A stretch of DNA of 64,000 nucleotides from Candidatus Latescibacterota bacterium (GTDB lineage Bacteria > Latescibacterota > UBA2968 > UBA8231): positions 2,336,001 through 2,400,000 of the forward strand of contig OZ242005.1 of NCBI GenBank assembly GCA_965204725.1, in the 5' to 3' direction. How positions within the stretch are numbered: the stretch's first letter is position 1; every line of letters starts with the position of its first letter. A model generated the notes under the pieces. It searched no databases, had not been told where the DNA came from, and saw only the letters and a program-made list of their open reading frames with translations. Both the position numbers and the translations under genes were made by a program. Below, piece after piece: positions 58,105 to 64,000 of this stretch.

Positions 58105-59487
58105 TCAGTCGGCGTAGTAATAGCCGTAGAGAATCATCATTTCATCGGCCCGCGTGAACCCGAAGTTGAGATTCCGCTCGGTGTCGTTGTCGTAGGTCGC
58201 CCTAATCCTGAAGCCCTCGCCTGCTTTGAGCGCGAGCGGCGGGTCGAATCTGAGGGGGGCCGGGTGTTCCCAGTCGTAGCTGATGTAAACCAATTCCCCG
58301 TCCCGAGGTCCGCCGATGAGTTCGGCCGTGAATTCCTCCATGCGGGCATGGGTGTGGGAAACGAGTTGGAAGATGTGCCTGTCCTCCTTAAAAACGAACT
58401 CTTTCTCTAGGGCCGTGACCCGGCCAGCGGGCAGGTCAATATCGAAGTTGCTCAGAGCGAAGACCTCGGCTACCCGTTCCACTTTTGCCGGCTCAACGAG
58501 ATGCAGGTTGACAAACACTTCGCCCATCACGACCTGATCGGTGGTGTTGGCGTAGTGGGAGTTCATATCGAGTCCCGTTCCAGCGGGCAGACGCATGGCC
58601 ACGCCGGGCGGCAAGCTGAAGTCGAGGCGCGGCGATTGGGCAATTGCGATGGGGATCTGGTACTGCATGACCCGCCAGTCGAATAAATCGTACCCTTCTG
58701 CGTCTTGGTAATTGCCGGCGGCGTCGCGCAGGTCGCGGTAGATTTCCGGCTGGGGCATGACATCGGCCGGTGTGTAGTCGGGAAACTGGTTGAGAATAAA
58801 GTGGTGACTCCCCGACCGCATGGATAATTCAAAGCGGTTGACGAAGAGATCCTCAGCGTGGCCCAAGGGCTGGTAAAAATAGACCTCGCGCTCGTACTGG
58901 GGGGCTACCTCAAAGGGGCCTAAGTGGAGTTGGATGCCGCTGCTCGGCGGCTGGAGCGGCGCGAACTCCGGTACTGCATAGCGCGTTTCGTCCTGCAGCA
59001 GGGCCAAGTCTGCTACCACTCCTTGTTCGGGGGCCTTAGCGCGGATCCACTGGCGTATGAACTCCAGTTGGCCGGTGGTCAGGGGCGGGCGACCCAGCGG
59101 CATCTGCGCGCCGTAGTTGGGATGGTCGGCGTAGAAGTGCTCTTGGGCGGGCGCGTTGATTTTTTCCCAAAGGTAACTCTTAAAAAGACCCGCAAGCCCC
59201 TCATTGCTCAGCAAGACCAAGCCGTCTTGAGCGGCCGCGGCATTGCGCGGTACAGTATTGAGCAGTTGGCTATAAGCCAAATCTGGCGTCAGAACCAAGC
59301 CCGACTGCCGGGCAAAGGCGGTGCCGGCGCTGTGGCAGCTAACGCAGTTGGAGGCGAAGATGTCGTGCTGAATAGTATCCCAAGTCGATGTTTCTTGGGG
59401 CTCTACCGACCGGCCGGAATCGCACCCGCTCAGCAGCCAACTCGCCGCGCCGAGCAATGCGCTTGGTACAAAGCCAATTCGCCGCAT
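58105..59487 (-). CDS. Lipoprotein: c-type cytochrome domain plus copper type II (PHM-like) monooxygenase domain
   Basis: LLSGC lipobox; CVSCH; GSHH, NSHY, SHTH, DEMM copper-ligand pattern. Confidence 0.7.
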   Translation of the reverse strand: MRRIGFVPSALLGAASWLLSGCDSGRSVEPQETSTWDTIQHDIFASNCVSCHSAGTAFARQSGLVLTPDLAYSQLLNTVPRNAAAAQDGLVLLSNEGLAGLFKSYLWEKINAPAQEHFYADHPNYGAQMPLGRPPLTTGQLEFIRQWIRAKAPEQGVVADLALLQDETRYAVPEFAPLQPPSSGIQLHLGPFEVAPQYEREVYFYQPLGHAEDLFVNRFELSMRSGSHHFILNQFPDYTPADVMPQPEIYRDLRDAAGNYQDAEGYDLFDWRVMQYQIPIAIAQSPRLDFSLPPGVAMRLPAGTGLDMNSHYANTTDQVVMGEVFVNLHLVEPAKVERVAEVFALSNFDIDLPAGRVTALEKEFVFKEDRHIFQLVSHTHARMEEFTAELIGGPRDGELVYISYDWEHPAPLRFDPPLALKAGEGFRIRATYDNDTERNLNFGFTRADEMMILYGYYYAD

Positions 59488-59685
59488 ATTCATCCTCCAC
59501 AAGTGCGGGGAGATGATAGACTAGGGCCACAGACGTGCCAAACGTCTGTTCGCCTATTGTATTCCAGATACCACCATTTTGGGAGATTGTCAAGTTTCAC
59601 TGGGCGACTCGGATACCTCGGGTCGTAGAGCGGGCAATTTTGGTTGATATGCTCGTTGATTGCTCGTAGTTTGCTCTCTTCTACT

Positions 59686-61575
59686 ATGACTATGGCTGAC
59701 TTATTCCGTTCATTGATCTGGGTCCTCCCGCTGTGGGCTGGTTTCGCGGCCGGACCGGCCTCCGGGTTGGTCATATACCGATTGGGCGGCGAGGCACTGG
59801 AGCCGCCTCCAGAAGCCGATCACGAAGGAGTGGAATTCATCGAGTTGAACTGGACGGCTCTCGACCCTTCCCTCGGCGGAAGAGCCATTGATTTGGATAT
59901 AGACCCCGCCGCTATCCGGCCTCTCGAACGCGACCCAAATTTCAACATAGCTCCCGAAATTGAAGCACATGGCGGAGAGTACGTCAGGCCCAATGTGAAT
60001 GCGGAAGTATGGGACGGAGATGTCGGTACGGCTTGGGTGGCGGCCAGTTATCTGTGCGGCACACTCAGCAGGTTTTTCTGCGTGGACGATTTTGGCCGAC
60101 AGGGCACGGCTAATATCAACTTGGGCAGTCGCTATCTCGTCGACCGAGTCCGGATCATATCGGGCCTGACCGACCCGAGCAAAATAGTGCGGACATTCCG
60201 CATTTACATCGCGCCGGAGTTGCCTTGGAAGAACCGATCGCTCATTGATCATCCCCCGCCGTATTCGCCTTGGGTCGTCGAGGTGCGCGACAACCGCGAG
60301 CAAATCATAGATGTACCCCTCCCGCCGCAACAGGGAACGACCTTTGTACAGGTAGCCGCCAGCGAGCACAGCGAGGATTGGGAAGTAAACGAGATCGAAA
60401 TCTATGCCAAAGGCTTTGTCGAACAATCAACGTATATCTCCAATATCCTCGATTTTGGCCAGCCCATGGCCTGGGGCGACCTGCGCTGGGCAGGCCACCA
60501 AGACCCCAAAGCCCGCGTCCTCATCCAATCCCGAACCGGACACGACGACGACCCCGACCTGTTCTGGCGATTCACCGGACGAGGCGACGAAAGAATACCC
60601 GTCAGCCGAGCCGACTACGCCAAGCTAGCGCGAGGCGAAAAAGCCGGCATCGGCTACGATCGCGCCAACTGGACGTTCTGGTCGGCCCCTTATGCCTTTG
60701 CCGACAGCAACGGCACCCCCGTCGCCTCGCAGGGGCCCAGACGCTATCTCCAACTCAAAGTAGATTTGCTGCCCCAAGACGACGATGGCGGTCACGTCAA
60801 CTGGCTCGAAGTGCGCGCGTCCCCGCCGGTGGCGACGCAATTGGTCGGCGAGGTCTGGCCGGTCGAAACCACCGTCGGCCAGCCGCAGCCGTTCACTTAT
60901 GTGCTGCGTCCCACTATTGGCGGGGAGGGCGGCTTTGACCGGCTGGAGATGACCACGACAGCGCGGCTGGAGGCTGTAACAGGCGTCCGCATCGGCGATG
61001 AGCCGGTCGATTATGCCGTGGAAGCGACTGAGCCTCACCGGGTAGTCGTACGCATCCCGCGACTGACCGCCGAGGATTCGGGCACTTTGGTCGAGGTCGG
61101 CTTCGACGCGGCCGTGTTGCGCTATGGCTCGACGTTTTCCGTGCGGGTGTGGGACAGCACCCAGCCGTTGGAAGTGCCCCAGAGCGCCCAAGAGGGCGAT
61201 GCCAGTCCTACCTACGAGGCCAATCGGGTCTGGGTCGCCACTCGGGCGGAGCATCAGAACGTGTTGCAGCTAGCGGCCGGTCCGGTGGTCTTGACGCCCA
61301 ACGGGGATGGGGCCAACGACGCGGGGCGGCTAGGATACGACTTACTGGAACTGATAGAGCCGGCGTCCGTGTCGGTGGGGGTGTGGGATTTATCGGGTCG
61401 TCGGGTGCGTCGGGTGTATGCGGGCTGGGATGGAGTGGGTCTTTATGAACGGGTGTGGGATGGCCGGGACGAGGCGGGGCGACTGGTGCCGCCGGGCTTG
61501 TACCTGTACCGGGTCGCCGTCGAAGCCGACCGCCAAACCATCGAGGCGATAAAACCCATACACGTCGCCTATTAA
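59686..61575 (+). CDS. Secreted protein with C-terminal FlgD Ig-like domain
   Basis: Signal peptide; LTPNGDGAND, VWDLSGRRVR, WDGRDEAGRLVPPGLYLYRV. Confidence 0.75.
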   Translation: MTMADLFRSLIWVLPLWAGFAAGPASGLVIYRLGGEALEPPPEADHEGVEFIELNWTALDPSLGGRAIDLDIDPAAIRPLERDPNFNIAPEIEAHGGEYVRPNVNAEVWDGDVGTAWVAASYLCGTLSRFFCVDDFGRQGTANINLGSRYLVDRVRIISGLTDPSKIVRTFRIYIAPELPWKNRSLIDHPPPYSPWVVEVRDNREQIIDVPLPPQQGTTFVQVAASEHSEDWEVNEIEIYAKGFVEQSTYISNILDFGQPMAWGDLRWAGHQDPKARVLIQSRTGHDDDPDLFWRFTGRGDERIPVSRADYAKLARGEKAGIGYDRANWTFWSAPYAFADSNGTPVASQGPRRYLQLKVDLLPQDDDGGHVNWLEVRASPPVATQLVGEVWPVETTVGQPQPFTYVLRPTIGGEGGFDRLEMTTTARLEAVTGVRIGDEPVDYAVEATEPHRVVVRIPRLTAEDSGTLVEVGFDAAVLRYGSTFSVRVWDSTQPLEVPQSAQEGDASPTYEANRVWVATRAEHQNVLQLAAGPVVLTPNGDGANDAGRLGYDLLELIEPASVSVGVWDLSGRRVRRVYAGWDGVGLYERVWDGRDEAGRLVPPGLYLYRVAVEADRQTIEAIKPIHVAY

Positions 61576-61583
61576 AGGGCTTC

Positions 61584-63617
61584 TCAAAACTCTTCCGGGG
61601 ATGTCCCCGCCCGCCGTAGCCGCTCGGCGGTTTCAAAGGCGGTCTGGGCCAATTCTCGTCGCCCGGTCTGCATATAGAGTACGCCTAGATTGTAGTGGGC
61701 AATGGCTACATCGGGTTCGAGATGCAGGGCTTGGCGCAAGGCCGCTTCGGCTCGGGCGTGCTCGCCGCGCCGCAGGTACAAGGCACCAAGGTTGCGATGG
61801 GCGGCGGCAAACCCCGGATCTATCTCTATAGTCTGTCGCAAGTGCTGGATCTGCTCGGCCTCGGCCCCTAGATGGTGGCAGGCATTGGCCAAGGCGTAGA
61901 AACCTTCGGCTCGTTGCTCGGCTGCTAGTGCTGTGGAGAAAGCACCATAAGCCCGCCGATAGTCCCGCTGGTCTAGGTGGAGATACCCTAGGTAGTAATG
62001 CCCCTCGTATTGAATGGCGGGACGCGGGTCGTTGGCGAGTGCCGCAAGGAGGTGGGACTGGGCTTCAGCGAAGCGCTGCTCCCCGCGGAGCAGGTTGCCC
62101 AGATTGAGCCGAGCCCGAGTGTGATCAGAGGCCATCGCAAGGGCTTGGCGATAAGCTGTTTCCGCTTCCCGAGGCCGCCGCTGCGCTTCGTAAACCGCGC
62201 CCAGACTGCTATAGACATCTGCATCGTTGGGAGCGACTTGGAGGGCTTGCAAATAGGCCGCCTCCGCGTGGTCGTATGCTTGGTTGCGTGTATGGGCCTG
62301 TCCATAGAGCCAAGCGGAGCGCAGGTGATCCACCTCGGCGGGGTCAATTCCGGTGTGCGCCAGTGCAAAAGCAGCCCCCAGAGCCAGCACCCAAGCCGCA
62401 CTGCGCCTCCACTGCCGCCCCTTTAGACTGAGAGCACCTCGACGGATCGCTTCGGCGGCGAAAATCATCAGAAAAGGCACCGCGGGAAGCCGGTAGCGGG
62501 CACACACCGTAAAGAGCAGGCCCGCGACCAAGTAGGACAGTCCAAAACCGTAGAGCAAGCCGTACTCGCGCCACCGACGCCCGTTCCACACGAGTCCCAC
62601 TAAGGCTAGGGACGCGACCATGCCAAAGCCGAAAACATTCAGGCGACTCAGGTGGGAATGCGCCTCGTAAAAGTGAATGTCAACGCTCACCGGGACTTCA
62701 AAGGCGTGCCAGAACAGTCTGAATTTGCGGTAGAGCAAGTAGAGATAGGAAAGCGGTTGATCGACAATGAAGCCGAGCCCCTCAGTCAGATAGAACCGGC
62801 CCCGGTCGGCTGGCGACGCGGCCATCCCGGTTTGGTAGGGCAGAATTTCGAGGCGTTGCCAGTCCAGCCCTTGGCGCGCATAAGGGGTGCCGTCGGCTGC
62901 TGGATTGTTGCCCATGTAAAAGCTCCAAGCACCTTGGAAGGGGAGCGGCGTACCTTGGACGAGGCTGTTGTGGACCAAGAAGGGCGTCAGGATGACGCAG
63001 AAGCCCAAGCAGAAAGGCACCAGCAATTTGTATCGAGTCCGATGGTAGAGCCACCACAGGGCCACCGGCACCAGCAGCAGGGTATTGCTGCGCGTCTCGA
63101 CCAGCAGACCCAGTAGCACGCCAGCACCGGCGGCCGCCCCATAGCTAGACTGGTCGGTGCAGCGCACCAGTTGGATTACCAAAAGCAGTTCGATAAAAAT
63201 GGTCAGGGTGGTGGCCAGCAGCTCGCCATTGTAGAGCATAAAAGGCCAGTATCCAACGGCCATCAGGCCGGTTAGCAAAGGCGTCGGAGCGGGGAAAAAG
63301 CGCCGAGCAACAGCGTAGAGGAGGACGCAGGAGAAAGCCCCGAGGACGGCTTGGAACAGGCGCATGGCCCCGAGTTCGGCCCCGCCCAGTTTGAGCAGGG
63401 CCAACAGCACCGGATAGAGCGGACCGTGAACGTAGGTGCGGTGCGTAGCGAGCCACCAGTCGCCATTGAGCAGGGCCTGAGCCAAATAATAGTACTCCTC
63501 GGCGTCGAGGAGCAGGGTGTGAAAGTAGATTGTATCGCGGATTTCTGCTAGGTACGCGAGGCGCAGAATTAGGGCCGAGAGGAAAAGGGCGACGGCATGG
63601 CGCTTGTTTATGCACAT
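61584..63617 (-). CDS. GT-C/PMT-like membrane glycosyltransferase with C-terminal TPR repeats
   Basis: DAEEYYYLA, PLYP, GNNPAADG, RYRLP; TPR-like repeats (AHRNLGALY, AHYNLGVLY). Confidence 0.75.
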   Translation of the reverse strand: MCINKRHAVALFLSALILRLAYLAEIRDTIYFHTLLLDAEEYYYLAQALLNGDWWLATHRTYVHGPLYPVLLALLKLGGAELGAMRLFQAVLGAFSCVLLYAVARRFFPAPTPLLTGLMAVGYWPFMLYNGELLATTLTIFIELLLVIQLVRCTDQSSYGAAAGAGVLLGLLVETRSNTLLLVPVALWWLYHRTRYKLLVPFCLGFCVILTPFLVHNSLVQGTPLPFQGAWSFYMGNNPAADGTPYARQGLDWQRLEILPYQTGMAASPADRGRFYLTEGLGFIVDQPLSYLYLLYRKFRLFWHAFEVPVSVDIHFYEAHSHLSRLNVFGFGMVASLALVGLVWNGRRWREYGLLYGFGLSYLVAGLLFTVCARYRLPAVPFLMIFAAEAIRRGALSLKGRQWRRSAAWVLALGAAFALAHTGIDPAEVDHLRSAWLYGQAHTRNQAYDHAEAAYLQALQVAPNDADVYSSLGAVYEAQRRPREAETAYRQALAMASDHTRARLNLGNLLRGEQRFAEAQSHLLAALANDPRPAIQYEGHYYLGYLHLDQRDYRRAYGAFSTALAAEQRAEGFYALANACHHLGAEAEQIQHLRQTIEIDPGFAAAHRNLGALYLRRGEHARAEAALRQALHLEPDVAIAHYNLGVLYMQTGRRELAQTAFETAERLRRAGTSPEEF

Positions 63618-63708
63618 GGGCCAGTCTTTCGACAAAGGCAAAAAAGTTGGCTTTATTGGGGTGTTAATAGTTTAATATGCGGCCCTAGAGGCGTTGGAGG
63701 AAAACGGC

Positions 63709-64000
63709 GTGAAAGACCTGAGAAGCAGTCCTCTTGTATCCACTGCGACGAGATGGGGAATCCGGGCGGCCCTGCTGGCGATTGGGGGGACAGGGTGCGC
63801 CCAGCAAGCGGAAGAAGTCGCCCAGCCAGAGGCCGCGCTCGTCACCACTCCAGATTCGACCGCTCAGTCGAAACTCGAACTAGCCCGGGTGGGCGACCGA
63901 TCCATCACCGCTGGCCAACTGCGGGCGTTCTACGGCAAAATCCCCCAGTACCTCCAGAGCGACCAGGAAGGACTGGAAAAGGAGCGCAACCATTTGCAGA
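63709..64000 (+). CDS. Probable lipoprotein SurA/PrsA-like foldase, N-terminal part (runs off window)
   Basis: GGAGG SD; GTG start; ...LLAIGGTGC...LARVGDRSITAGQLRAFY. Confidence 0.55.
   Translation, partial: MKDLRSSPLVSTATRWGIRAALLAIGGTGCAQQAEEVAQPEAALVTTPDSTAQSKLELARVGDRSITAGQLRAFYGKIPQYLQSDQEGLEKERNHLQ

Overview
Bacterial chromosomal window, mostly GC-rich with two AT-richer accessory islands. The gene content (PhyH dioxygenases, FlgD-Ig proteins, a large OPT-like membrane protein, GxxExxY, palindromic repeats) suggests a Latescibacterota/FCB-type genome; this is inference. Bases 1-9.9 kb hold the core minus-strand cluster greA, tRNA-Gly, tRNA-Thr, rpmG, tRNA-Trp, secE, nusG, rplKAJL, rpoB and partial rpoC, with no tuf. 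Next come sbcD-sbcC-ygfZ, a catalytically dead DinB-like gene, an esterase and larA. Island 1 (19-35 kb) carries an AAA_14/DUF4143 ATPase, GxxExxY, an IS5-disrupted AVAST-like STAND nuclease, a Type IIG-like R-M gene, a second IS5 and a PLD-SNF2 helicase lacking its N-terminus. The GxxExxY plus AVAST pair is bracketed by 43-nt inverted repeats. Metabolic genes, zapA and an orphan infC with an ATC start follow. Island 2 (46-54 kb) carries an SNF2 helicase with a sacsin-like GHKL ATPase/HNH partner (candidate undescribed defence module) and a second AAA_14 ATPase. Two defence genes are fused to toxin-antitoxin remnants. A modular MITE/REP family marks several junctions. No CRISPR array or rRNA was seen. 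All protein calls come from motif recognition by eye, not database searches.
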